Of a stretch of 63,707 nt of DNA, positions 1-9,434 are shown piece after piece. Each line of letters starts with the position of its first letter. Position 1 is the stretch's first letter. The position numbers were made by a program, and so were the translations under genes. The stretch is from an uncultured Chitinophaga sp. (GTDB lineage Bacteria > Bacteroidota > Bacteroidia > Bacteroidales > GCA-2748055), in the NCBI GenBank assembly GCA_964404825.1, contig CAYOLQ010000009.1, positions 1-63,707 of the forward strand, in the 5' to 3' direction. The notes beneath the pieces are model-generated. The model saw nothing but the letters and a program-made list of their open reading frames with translations, had not been told where the DNA came from and did not search any database.

Positions 1-909
1 AGGATCCAGATTGCCATTAGTCAGATTTCCATCTAGAAAATTTACGGTTGTTGAACCTTCATTTAATCCGATAGAGGAAGAATAAGGATTTCCAATAGCA
101 TTCCAGCCATTTTTTGTTCGATAAACAGAAATACCTATGGAACTTGGTGTTAAAGTACCTGTAAATGTAACCACACCATTTGTGTTTCTTCTAACCATGT
201 AACCTTTGGCTGTTTCAAAAGTTTGTAATGAGCCAAACGGAAGATTGGTATTATTAAAAAAGCTCCACTTCCCCGGATTTTCTTCGTAAAATTCCATCCC
301 ACGCAAGGTATCACCAAGTGATACAAATTTAACCGGTACATCGTTAGCAGCATCAAATACAAATTCTGCAATTCTTTGTCCTGAAACCGGAGATGATAAA
401 TTATGCCAGTACGCCACCCCTGTTAGTCCTCCGGTAATATACCGCTCTACATTTGTTCCTGCACCAGTGGATGAACCTGTAATGAGAGATGCCGTGCCTC
501 CGGCATTTGAACGTAGATTCAGGGTGCCGTTATTTGTGGTTGCGTTGTTTACCGTTACGTATTTTCCGGCGGGAATATCAACAATTGCAAGTGGGTCAAC
601 GGTAATATTTTCAAAATTGGACTGAGGAGCGGTACCCGCTATGGTTTGGGTGGTGGTGCCTTTGAAAACAACTGTTCCGTTGGTTCCGGTACCGCTTATT
701 ACAGTACCTGTGCTGTTGTTGGTCCAGTTGCCGGTGAGGGTGAGTATACCGTCTATAATAATTACAGACGATGATTCGTTTTGCATGGATCCGGAGACAA
801 CCAGATACCCGGCAGAAATGTTTATCTGACCATCATTTCTGACTACCTGAGCATAAAGGAAGGTTCCTGATATCAGATAAAAGAATAATATAAATGTTAA
901 TTTTCGCAT
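1..909 (-). CDS. secreted repeat-rich protein, C-terminus cut by the window edge (absent from the ORF track because it runs off the edge)
   Basis: ATG at 909 (cat at 907-909). The frame stays open for exactly 303 codons to position 1. Translation begins MRKLTFILFFYLISGTFLYAQ (signal peptide) and continues with Gly/Thr/Asn-rich beta-strand-like segments (GTGTNGTVVFKGTTTQTIAG...). Confidence 0.75.
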   Translation of the reverse strand, partial: MRKLTFILFFYLISGTFLYAQVVRNDGQINISAGYLVVSGSMQNESSSVIIIDGILTLTGNWTNNSTGTVISGTGTNGTVVFKGTTTQTIAGTAPQSNFENITVDPLAIVDIPAGKYVTVNNATTNNGTLNLRSNAGGTASLITGSSTGAGTNVERYITGGLTGVAYWHNLSSPVSGQRIAEFVFDAANDVPVKFVSLGDTLRGMEFYEENPGKWSFFNNTNLPFGSLQTFETAKGYMVRRNTNGVVTFTGTLTPSSIGISVYRTKNGWNAIGNPYSSSIGLNEGSTTVNFLDGNLTNGNLDP

Positions 910-1005
910 ATTTCAATTTTGAGATTCATAGGATAATCCAAAAAACAAGTCCAAAAAGTTTTTTGTTTGTACCCGTATTTTTATTAATTACATGCTCACG
1001 ATACA

Positions 1006-1764
1006 CTATAAACCTGCAATTTTATACCAGGCAGTTCCACTGCTAATAACTGTAATTGATGACCATTGTGTAGGTAGTGTTGGATTAACTGTGGCATCAA
1101 CAGTGCCTATGATTGTAACGACTCCGCTGTTGATATTTTTTATTGTGTACTGTCTTCCTGATGAACTTGAAGCAGTTGGTAATGTGACATTAAAAGGGCT
1201 CGTAGAATTACAAAGGACAATCTGATTTGTGGAATTTAATGTTGCATTAGCATTAATTGTGGTTACCCGTGTTGCAAATGAACCATTAACTTCTAAAGTT
1301 GATTGGGCATTAACACCACCTCCAATTGTTGATGATATTGCTAACCTTTTAAGGGTCTTGTTCCAATGCAAGCTATCAGTAGAAATCAAATTTCCTGAAC
1401 CATTACCAATAAGAATTTCTCCTACTGGAACAGATGTAAGTCCTGTACCACCATTAGGTACAGATAATCCACCACCAACTGATTCCAATATTTTTGCCCA
1501 CGATGTACCATTGTAATAATAAAAACCAGCAATATTATCCGTTTGAAAAATCAAAAGTCCTTGGGCGGGGTCATATAAATTTATAATATTATCACGTTCA
1601 TCCTGAATCATTCTTGGAACTAAGACTCCTTTTTCACTTGATACAACATCTAGCATTGAGGATGGGTCTGCCGCACTTCCGTCCGAATTAATAGCCACCT
1701 GCGCAAACCCTTGTTGTGAAAAGGCTAAAAAAACTGTAAATAGTATAATTCCCAGTGTTTTCAT
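1006..1764 (-). CDS. secreted protein with a tail-fibre-like head motif, function unknown
   Basis: 252-aa ORF. Signal peptide MKTLGIILFTVFLAFSQQGFAQ. The motif SSMLDVVSSEKGVLVPRM...GLLIFQTD...GFYYYNGTSW recurs in Bacteroidota surface and tail-fibre-like proteins. A PNGGTGLTS segment is also present. Confidence 0.7.
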   Translation of the reverse strand: MKTLGIILFTVFLAFSQQGFAQVAINSDGSAADPSSMLDVVSSEKGVLVPRMIQDERDNIINLYDPAQGLLIFQTDNIAGFYYYNGTSWAKILESVGGGLSVPNGGTGLTSVPVGEILIGNGSGNLISTDSLHWNKTLKRLAISSTIGGGVNAQSTLEVNGSFATRVTTINANATLNSTNQIVLCNSTSPFNVTLPTASSSSGRQYTIKNINSGVVTIIGTVDATVNPTLPTQWSSITVISSGTAWYKIAGL

Positions 1765-2094
1765 ATTTTTAAAATTTCAGTTTTAAATCTTGGATACTAT
1801 ATAACCAATAAACGTACCATAAAGTTGCATTGTATTGATTAATAACATACAAAGTTAACCATACCTGCTCACTAAAGCAATAATTAACAAGCATTTCTAC
1901 GTTAGTGGCCGGAATTTGTTGAGGAAAAAATCGTTAATTTAATTTTCTCCCGTTCTTTCAAAGTTTGTTTTGATTAGCAACAGATTGAATGTTAATTATA
2001 TAAACATGATTATCTCATTTAACTATGTGAAAGTTTTTTTTAAGTTTTGTTAATTATTTTGATGAGCGGGACATAAGAAGCAAAGAATAGCAAA

Positions 2095-2159
2095 GCAAGA
2101 GCAAGAGTTATGAGAGTTTAAATAGCACTCTTGCTCTTGCTATAGCACTCTTGCTCTTG
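2095..2159. repeat. inverted repeat plus tandem copy of its right arm in the purD upstream region
   Basis: gcaagagcaagagt (2095-2108) is the exact reverse complement of actcttgctcttgc (2127-2140). The right arm with its atagc prefix is repeated immediately at 2142-2159. Confidence 0.85.
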
Positions 2160-2205
2160 TTGATTCTGATTCACTTTTTAATTATCTTCGCATAAAATCA
2201 TTTCT

Positions 2206-3474
2206 ATGAACGTCCTCATCCTCGGCTCCGGTGGCCGCGAACACGCTTTGGCCTGGAAGATTGCTAAGAGTCCAAGGCTTACCAAACTTTTCATTGCTCC
2301 CGGAAACGCTGGTACAGCTGACTGTGGCACAAATCTTCAAATCAATACTGAAGATTTTTACGGAATTAAGGATGCAGTTTTAACACACAAAATTAATCTG
2401 GTGATTGTGGGTCCGGAAATACCTCTGGTGGCAGGGATTCATGATTTTTTTCTGGCAGATAAAGACCTAAAGTCTGTTCCTGTGATAGGTCCGACAAAAC
2501 AAGGCGCTATGCTCGAAGGGAGCAAGGATTTTTCTAAGGGGTTTATGGTAAAGTATAATATCCCAACAGCAGCTTATCAATCATTCACTTCAGAAACTCT
2601 TGAGGAAGGATTTCGTTTTCTTGAAACACTAAAGGCCCCTTATGTTCTTAAAGCTGACGGACTTGCTGCCGGTAAAGGTGTCTTGATTCTGAATGATCCC
2701 GATGAAGCCCGAAAGGAACTTCGTGAAATGCTGTCGGGTAAATTTGGAAAAGCAGGCAATACAGTGGTTATTGAAGAGTTTTTAAGCGGCATCGAGTGTT
2801 CGGTTTTTATACTCTCTGACGGCAAGGATTATGTTCTCCTTCCTGAAGCAAAAGATTATAAGAGAATCGGAAAAGGTGATACCGGATTAAATACAGGTGG
2901 AATGGGAGCAGTTTCTCCGGTGTCTTTTGCCGACAAGATTTTTATGAGCAAGGTTGAGGAGAGGATCATAAAACCTACTGTTGAAGGTCTGAAAACTGAA
3001 GGTATAGCTTATGTCGGTTTTATTTTCATTGGTATCATTAAGGTTGATGGTGAACCGATGGTAATTGAATATAATGCAAGAATGGGTGACCCGGAGACAG
3101 AAGCAGTGATGCCGCGTATTAAGAATGATTTTCTGGAAGTACTTATTGCCTGTGGCAAAGGAGAAATCAGAACACAGAAAATTATTACCGATGAGAGAGC
3201 TGTTTGCACAGTAATGATGGTGGCCGGAGGATATCCCGGGGATTATGAAAAAGGAGATGTAATTACCGGAATTGACGAAGTGAGGGATAGTATTGTTTTT
3301 CACGCAGGTACAAAGAAATCCGGAAATGAAATTATAACAAACGGAGGCAGGGTAATTGCTGTAAGCTCATATGGATCAGATTTACCGGAAGCAATGGGTA
3401 AATCCTATCAGAGTGTTGAAAAAATTAAGTTTAAGGGGAGATACTGGAGACCTGATATCGGAATGGATTTATAA
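2206..3474 (+). CDS. purD: phosphoribosylamine--glycine ligase
   Basis: 422 aa. N-terminus MNVLILGSGGREHALAWK, ATP-grasp core, C-terminal ...GGRVIAV..., all typical of PurD. Confidence 0.95.
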   Translation: MNVLILGSGGREHALAWKIAKSPRLTKLFIAPGNAGTADCGTNLQINTEDFYGIKDAVLTHKINLVIVGPEIPLVAGIHDFFLADKDLKSVPVIGPTKQGAMLEGSKDFSKGFMVKYNIPTAAYQSFTSETLEEGFRFLETLKAPYVLKADGLAAGKGVLILNDPDEARKELREMLSGKFGKAGNTVVIEEFLSGIECSVFILSDGKDYVLLPEAKDYKRIGKGDTGLNTGGMGAVSPVSFADKIFMSKVEERIIKPTVEGLKTEGIAYVGFIFIGIIKVDGEPMVIEYNARMGDPETEAVMPRIKNDFLEVLIACGKGEIRTQKIITDERAVCTVMMVAGGYPGDYEKGDVITGIDEVRDSIVFHAGTKKSGNEIITNGGRVIAVSSYGSDLPEAMGKSYQSVEKIKFKGRYWRPDIGMDL

Positions 3475-3558
3475 CAGGCATAATGTGAAACCAGATAATA
3501 TAACCGGTTTTAAACGATAATTGGTTTCTTTCGCACCACGGTCAAATCATAAAGATAA

Positions 3559-4560
3559 ATGTTTTACAAAACTATAAGTTCAGACAAGTTCAGTGCAGGT
3601 TTATTGATATTCCTTATTTCAATTGGAATGTGGATGCCAGCATTTTTCTCATCTGAAATAATTATCGATGGGGCATTGAATAGTTATATGCCTTTTTACA
3701 GTCTGGTGAATACAGCGATTGAGGGACATGCATTTTTGTCCCGTGCACTTAGCTTTATTCTTGTGCTGTTAGAGGCATTCATGCTCGTGAGAATTAACGC
3801 GAAGTTTGTGCTCATACAGCAACGAACATTTTTACCTGCTTTATTTTTTATTCTTATTGCCGGACATAATCCAATTCTCATGCAATGGAACCCGGTTTTG
3901 CCAGCAACTTTTTTCATAATCCTTCTGGTGGGAATTATTTTCGGTTCGTATCGTGATGATCCCGATTCTTACAGGTTTTTTGAGGCAGGCATCCTCCTTG
4001 GCTTAGGTAGTCTTTTTTATGCCCCTCTTGCTTATTTACTTGTTTTTATATGGATTTCCTGCATGGTACAAAGACCATTTTACTGGAGGGAATACCTTTT
4101 CCCTGTTCTGGGATTAGCTGTTCCCTATGCCATTACTTTTGCATTTTTATTTCTGGGTGATAAAAATATACCCAGATTCCTGTCAGAAATCCAATCAGAA
4201 TTTGCATTTAGTTTTGATTTACCGGCATTTCACCTGATTTATTCAGCATTCACCTTCTACTTCGGGTTTCTTATTCTTATTGCCAGCGTTTACCTTCTAA
4301 GTGTTTTCCAATTCAGAAAAATTTATATCCGCGATTATTTCATGGTCCTTTTCTGGTTATTCCTGACAGGTTTAGTTGTATTTGTTTTCCTATCAGGATT
4401 TAATACAGGACTTTTTTATGTAATGGCGATTTCGGTTTCATATATGCTTACCAATTATTTTATTACTGCACGGAAGAGCATCGGGAATAAGATCCTTTTT
4501 TACATATTACTTGGGTATTCTGCATTTATAGCAATATATAATTTTACCAATTTTCAATAG
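3559..4560 (+). CDS. polytopic inner-membrane protein, function unknown
   Basis: 333-aa ORF that is almost entirely hydrophobic helices (about 9-10 predicted by eye). No recognisable catalytic motif. Confidence 0.7.
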   Translation: MFYKTISSDKFSAGLLIFLISIGMWMPAFFSSEIIIDGALNSYMPFYSLVNTAIEGHAFLSRALSFILVLLEAFMLVRINAKFVLIQQRTFLPALFFILIAGHNPILMQWNPVLPATFFIILLVGIIFGSYRDDPDSYRFFEAGILLGLGSLFYAPLAYLLVFIWISCMVQRPFYWREYLFPVLGLAVPYAITFAFLFLGDKNIPRFLSEIQSEFAFSFDLPAFHLIYSAFTFYFGFLILIASVYLLSVFQFRKIYIRDYFMVLFWLFLTGLVVFVFLSGFNTGLFYVMAISVSYMLTNYFITARKSIGNKILFYILLGYSAFIAIYNFTNFQ

Positions 4561-4631
4561 CTGAATCGGGGGATTTTAATATAAAGAAAACGGGTTATTA
4601 AGGAAATGTTTTTTCTGCGAAAGGGAATATA

Positions 4632-5081
4632 CTATTTGTTCACATAAGATAATATTCCAATAGCATCTCCCTTTTTACCCTCCTTAAAACTGATCACAAC
4701 TGTATAAGCAGCTGATTTCTGACAGGCGAAGCTGATGGATTTATATTCCTTACCGGTTTCAGGGTAATACGTGCTGAGCAGAAGATTGGCCTGATCATAA
4801 AGACGTAAAACAGCCTCTCCCTCAGAGAAATCTCCATTACAGATGCTGAAACGATAAATAATTCCTTTTCTCAGGGCAAGTGACGATCGGAAAACAGGCG
4901 GTTTTTGATTAGGTGGGGCAGCATCAAGTTTAACAACGAAATCTTTAAGATAAGTAACATCATTTCCAGCGGTAAAAGCACATTTCTGTATATCTCCCTC
5001 AAGATCCTGCCCAATGCATGTGTCAAGAGAGAAAAACACTCCTGAAAATATAAAAATACAGAGGTAAATCTTACTGATCAT
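4632..5081 (-). CDS. small secreted protein, last gene of the sensory/ABC cluster
   Basis: 149 aa. N-terminal hydrophobic signal MISKIYLCIFIFSGVFFSLDTCIGQ. Its start lies 4 nt after the stop of the ABC gene. No family recognised. Confidence 0.65.
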   Translation of the reverse strand: MISKIYLCIFIFSGVFFSLDTCIGQDLEGDIQKCAFTAGNDVTYLKDFVVKLDAAPPNQKPPVFRSSLALRKGIIYRFSICNGDFSEGEAVLRLYDQANLLLSTYYPETGKEYKSISFACQKSAAYTVVISFKEGKKGDAIGILSYVNK

Positions 5082-5084
5082 GGC

Positions 5085-8000
5085 CTATATCGTTAGTTGC
5101 TTATTTCTTATACGGGCCGTAGTTTCAACTATCCTGGACAATATCTCTTCACTGATAACTACTGTACTACTTTCCTGTTGAACAATCATCAACATTCCGT
5201 CCTTTTCAACTGCAACAGGTTCACCAAGTTCGTAGCTAATCTTAACCCCATCGAAATCGCTTTTAATCAATTCGAGATCTTTTATGAGATCTGCGAATTG
5301 TGCATCACGCTGATAGTTTTTAAGAATAAGCAATATATCATTCAAAATTACTTTTTGTTCACCAATATATTCGGCCAGGCTGTTGTCATGTTTTTCTTTT
5401 ACAACCTGCGTAGCCAGATACATGCCTTCGATCCATACGCCGGTAATCATCAGGGCACTGAGATTACTGCGATCAGTAACACGAAGGTGATCATCCATCA
5501 AATTGAAGCTGTGAACGGATAAAAACATCAGGGAATCGATATTTGAACTGGAGCTTGCTAGGCGTTTCATTGTACTGAAGTCGAAAAACTGACTTATTTT
5601 GAGCCCGTCTGCAATTTTGTTTATTGCAGCCAGATAGTTTACAGAACTCCCTGTTTTTTCATATACATTAAGATAACCAAGATCAGCTCCAAGAATACCC
5701 AGAGTATAAGCCATTTTGAAGCTGCTGCCATGGTTGTCGATGGCGTCCAGATTCGAAAGATAACGACTGGAGAATGGTGTGCCGAGATCTTTAACTACTG
5801 CAGCCATTTCGATGGGTGAGGAAATGTTTTCGATTATTTCGTTCATGGCCTGAACAGAAACCTTTAATTCGCCCTGTTCCATTTCAGAACCAGGGACAAA
5901 CAGGGTCTCCTTAGGTTTTCCTTTACAGGAAAAAGTAAATACCGCAAGGATGAGAATGAATGATATTTTATTTCTCATTTTGGATTTATAATTGACAAAT
6001 GTAATAATATTAGGGAAAAACGAAAAATGTAAGACTTTCCTTAACAAATCATAATACAAAGTAATGTAAAAGATTAGTGTGAGAAACCATATTACTGTCA
6101 TATTGAACCAATAGGTATCGAAATACTTCCCCAGGAAATGTTTGCGGGGAGCATAAAAATGGGAGCGAAAATCGATAACAGAAGATGGCTGAGGATCCAG
6201 AAAAACGGGATCAATTTTTTGAATCAGCCGATCATTGTAACTCAGGATTTTTTTTCGTTCAAAGATTTTTCTTACTTCATCAGAGACACTTTCATTTGTA
6301 TATATATCCAGCCAGGAATAGTATTGTTCCTTTCGGTTTTCAATAGCACTCCGAACCATATTATTCTTTTCTCTGTTTGCCGCAGTAAATAGTTCGAGGT
6401 AATACATATTCAGCTCAGTTAGGTATAAACTGATTTTTTCAGCAAGTTCGGGGTTGAATTTTTCAACTACAATTTCATCATAATTCAGTTTTATGGTTCC
6501 TTCAAAAACTTTTTTCTCGCTGATTAATTCATTCCGGATAGTTCTCAGGGCAGAAGCTTTTTCAATAATAACGCCATTAAGAGTATATTCCTGTTCGCAT
6601 TCGTTAAGCAGGTCCTCCAGCTCGGGAATAAAATAGGATTGTTTAAAGTCAGAATTATTGATCCTTTTTTCAATATTATATAACATCTCTTCAAAACGGT
6701 TATCCTTAAACTGATGAACCATTAAAGCCTCATACGACCATTTCGTAGGCATGAATTCAGCCAGAACAGGAACTTTATCAACTCTGGTTATATTCCGGTT
6801 CAGCTTATCGAAACTGAACATTGCCCCGCTTAGCACCATCATTGGAATTATGACCAGTGGGATTAAAATATAAATCAGTATTGCAGAATCAAAAGATGCC
6901 GAAATATTTAATCCAAGCATATTTGCATAAGCTGCAGTAGTGAAGAAAGCAAACCAGTAAACAAACAACATTCCTTTTACCTCGACAATTGTATTGGCTA
7001 CAAGCACAAATGCAAAAGCCTGTATGGCCGAGATAAAAAATAAAACAGATATTTTGGAAAGCAGATATCCTGATCTGCTGAGGTTAAGAAATTTCTCCCG
7101 CTTCAGAATTTTCCTGTCCCTGAAAATCTCTTCTGCACTTAACTGTAATCCTATAAAGAGGGCAACAATCAGTGTCATAAAAATGTAAATCGGGATGTTT
7201 TCATTCTCCCGGAAAATATATTTGTCAGATGAAGGATCTGCAACATACCTGATTATATAGGATAGAATGAATCCAAGTAACGGAGTCTCAAGCAGGGTAA
7301 GAATTACATATTGCCGGTTACTGATTTTGGATAGCAGATCCCTGGTACAATAAATTTTAAACTGGCTGAACCAGTCCGGAATCTTCAAGGTTCGCTGGGG
7401 AGAATCATGGATTTCCTCGATCGTTTCATTTTGATTCCCCTGACGGAAAGACTCCTCCCATTTCTGAGGACTCACCTTTCGGTTATGAGTATAGTTGCCA
7501 TAATCATCAACAACTCTGGCTTCAATAATATTGAAAATAATTTCAGGATTAACATTTCCGCAGGCCGGGCATTCTCCAATTTCCGAGTTAATCTGTGCAT
7601 CCATCTTCTTGAAATACATAACTCCCTCCACCGGATTTCCGCAATAAATCAGATATCCGCCTTCATCCATAATAACGACGCGATCGAACATTTTGTAGAT
7701 TTCTGAGGAGGGCTGGTGAATGACTACAAAAATAAGCTTGCCTTTCAGGGTCAGCTCTCTTAAAAGGTCCATTACATTTTCAGAATCGCGTGAAGATAAA
7801 CCCGAGGTAGGTTCATCAACAAATAATAGGGAGGGTTCCCGGATCATCTCCAGAGCAATGTTCAGACGTTTTCTTTGTCCGCCGCTGATTGTTTTATTAA
7901 ATACGGAACCAACCTTAAGTTCTTTCTTATCAATAAGCCCGAGACTCAGAAGAGTATTTTCAACTTTTATTCGTATTTCCTCATCGCTTTTATCGCTGAA

Positions 8001-9053
8001 ACAAAGCTTTGCATTATAAAACAGGTTTTCAAATACTGTAAGTTCCTCAATAAGGAGATCGTCTTGTGGAATGTAGCCGATTACTCCCGCGAGTTTTTCC
8101 TTTTCTTCAAAGATATTAATTCCGTTAAGGTGAATGGTCCCTGAAGATGGGGCATCAATTCCCGAGAGAGTATTGAGCAGAGTTGTTTTTCCTGTGCCAC
8201 TGGCTCCCATGATTCCGATAAGATCGCCGTGTGTTGCACTTATGTTGACATTTCTAAGACCGGTAAGTCCGTTTTTAAACGTATAAGAGATATCACGTGC
8301 AACAAAGGATAGTTTTTCCGTGCTCGAATCGATTAGGAAGTGCGTGGAAATGTCGCTGTAATATATAGGTTTCCCTTTGGGGAGTTTGACTGTACTGCCA
8401 CGTGCAAATAAGTAAATACGGCCGCTGTGAAGACCCAAACCGTTCAGAAAAAGATCCTGATTTCCCGTATATTTTATAAAGTAGAGGTTAACATCAGGGA
8501 TACGAAGAATTAGAATTTCCTTGTCGAGCCGTTCGGCAAGTAAATGACGTTTGTTTCCCTTGTCAGATTCCTTATCGCTGATTATGAGAATATTAATATT
8601 ATCAATGGTAGAGAAATCATTTTCCAGGACAAAAGTTTCAATTGACTTGTAATCATCAGTGGAAATCCTGAACACATCGGATACAGTGGTTATGATAGCC
8701 AGTCTTTGCCGGGTAAGCTTTTTATCTGCATAAACCAGTTCAAAGAGTCTGACAAGCACGACGATTTTCTGACTCTGGTTAAGCGTTTTATTAATTTTTT
8801 TGCAGATTCCAAGTATTCTCACTGAATCCAGCACAGAGGTAAGCCGATGACCGTTTGTATCTTCCCCGGTTTTTCTGTCATCCTGTTCAGAACTCTCCAG
8901 AAAGAGTCTGAAATACTCTTCTGTTCCCGCTTCCCCCAGCTGCTGGATTAGAAAACTTTTTACATAACTTAGCTCATTCTCCTCCACACCACCGTCCTGT
9001 TTGGTGATAATGGCGAAAAGCTGCATCAGCGCTCTTAAAATTTCTTCACTCAC
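5085..9053 (-). CDS. multidomain ABC transporter: TerB-like N-terminal region, unknown domain, ABC ATPase, ABC-2/ABCG-like permease with a large loop, and an in-frame lipoprotein-like C-terminal module
   Basis: 1322-aa uninterrupted ORF with a GTG start that overlaps the stop of the upstream gene (GTGA). Walker A GASGTGKTTLLN (codons near 8180-8215). Signature/Walker B LSGGQRKRLNIALEMIREPSLLFVDEPTSGL. About 6 TM helices follow. The last 298 aa begin MRNKISFILILAVFTFSCKG (ATG at 5978), a complete lipoprotein signal. Confidence 0.85.
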   Translation of the reverse strand: MSEEILRALMQLFAIITKQDGGVEENELSYVKSFLIQQLGEAGTEEYFRLFLESSEQDDRKTGEDTNGHRLTSVLDSVRILGICKKINKTLNQSQKIVVLVRLFELVYADKKLTRQRLAIITTVSDVFRISTDDYKSIETFVLENDFSTIDNINILIISDKESDKGNKRHLLAERLDKEILILRIPDVNLYFIKYTGNQDLFLNGLGLHSGRIYLFARGSTVKLPKGKPIYYSDISTHFLIDSSTEKLSFVARDISYTFKNGLTGLRNVNISATHGDLIGIMGASGTGKTTLLNTLSGIDAPSSGTIHLNGINIFEEKEKLAGVIGYIPQDDLLIEELTVFENLFYNAKLCFSDKSDEEIRIKVENTLLSLGLIDKKELKVGSVFNKTISGGQRKRLNIALEMIREPSLLFVDEPTSGLSSRDSENVMDLLRELTLKGKLIFVVIHQPSSEIYKMFDRVVIMDEGGYLIYCGNPVEGVMYFKKMDAQINSEIGECPACGNVNPEIIFNIIEARVVDDYGNYTHNRKVSPQKWEESFRQGNQNETIEEIHDSPQRTLKIPDWFSQFKIYCTRDLLSKISNRQYVILTLLETPLLGFILSYIIRYVADPSSDKYIFRENENIPIYIFMTLIVALFIGLQLSAEEIFRDRKILKREKFLNLSRSGYLLSKISVLFFISAIQAFAFVLVANTIVEVKGMLFVYWFAFFTTAAYANMLGLNISASFDSAILIYILIPLVIIPMMVLSGAMFSFDKLNRNITRVDKVPVLAEFMPTKWSYEALMVHQFKDNRFEEMLYNIEKRINNSDFKQSYFIPELEDLLNECEQEYTLNGVIIEKASALRTIRNELISEKKVFEGTIKLNYDEIVVEKFNPELAEKISLYLTELNMYYLELFTAANREKNNMVRSAIENRKEQYYSWLDIYTNESVSDEVRKIFERKKILSYNDRLIQKIDPVFLDPQPSSVIDFRSHFYAPRKHFLGKYFDTYWFNMTVIWFLTLIFYITLYYDLLRKVLHFSFFPNIITFVNYKSKMRNKISFILILAVFTFSCKGKPKETLFVPGSEMEQGELKVSVQAMNEIIENISSPIEMAAVVKDLGTPFSSRYLSNLDAIDNHGSSFKMAYTLGILGADLGYLNVYEKTGSSVNYLAAINKIADGLKISQFFDFSTMKRLASSSSNIDSLMFLSVHSFNLMDDHLRVTDRSNLSALMITGVWIEGMYLATQVVKEKHDNSLAEYIGEQKVILNDILLILKNYQRDAQFADLIKDLELIKSDFDGVKISYELGEPVAVEKDGMLMIVQQESSTVVISEEILSRIVETTARIRNKQLTI

Positions 9054-9430
9054 GGATGATAACTAAAATGTTTGAAAGGCACATCTACCATTTCACTGTA
9101 TTCAATTCCTGCATCGCGCATATCCTCATCATATTCAGGATAATACCAATTTACATGAACTTTCTTACCCATATCATTCATTTTTTCAAGGATTGTAAGG
9201 ATATCGAGCAGAAGTTTTGATGACGCAGTGTTAAAATAGGTAAGCTTAAATGTAAATTCTGTTTCAGAGAAAGACTCCAGGGCATACTGATTAAGCCATT
9301 CGAGAATGGGTTTGTAAAAGCTGAAAACATCCTCAGGTAAAGATTTCCCGCTTATTTCAAGTTTGCCGGTTTCGTGAACGAAATTGACTTTTGGGCTATC
9401 GTCTTTTTCTATAAAAAGTAAATTATCCAT
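9050..9430 (-). CDS. SiaC-like regulatory phosphoprotein (DUF1987 family)
   Basis: 126 aa from the ATG at 9430 (MDNLLFIEKDDSPKVNF...GKLEISGKSLPED...YFNTASSKLL...). Size and motifs fit DUF1987/SiaC. The longer track ORF (to 9541) overlaps the upstream gene and is rejected. Confidence 0.8.
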   Translation of the reverse strand: MDNLLFIEKDDSPKVNFVHETGKLEISGKSLPEDVFSFYKPILEWLNQYALESFSETEFTFKLTYFNTASSKLLLDILTILEKMNDMGKKVHVNWYYPEYDEDMRDAGIEYSEMVDVPFKHFSYHP

Positions 9431-9434
9431 TGTT

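Noticed and set aside
1006-1764. Possible prophage tail-fibre gene
   Set aside because: No other phage genes (capsid, terminase, integrase, baseplate) are nearby, and the protein has a Sec signal peptide. It is more likely a cellular surface protein.
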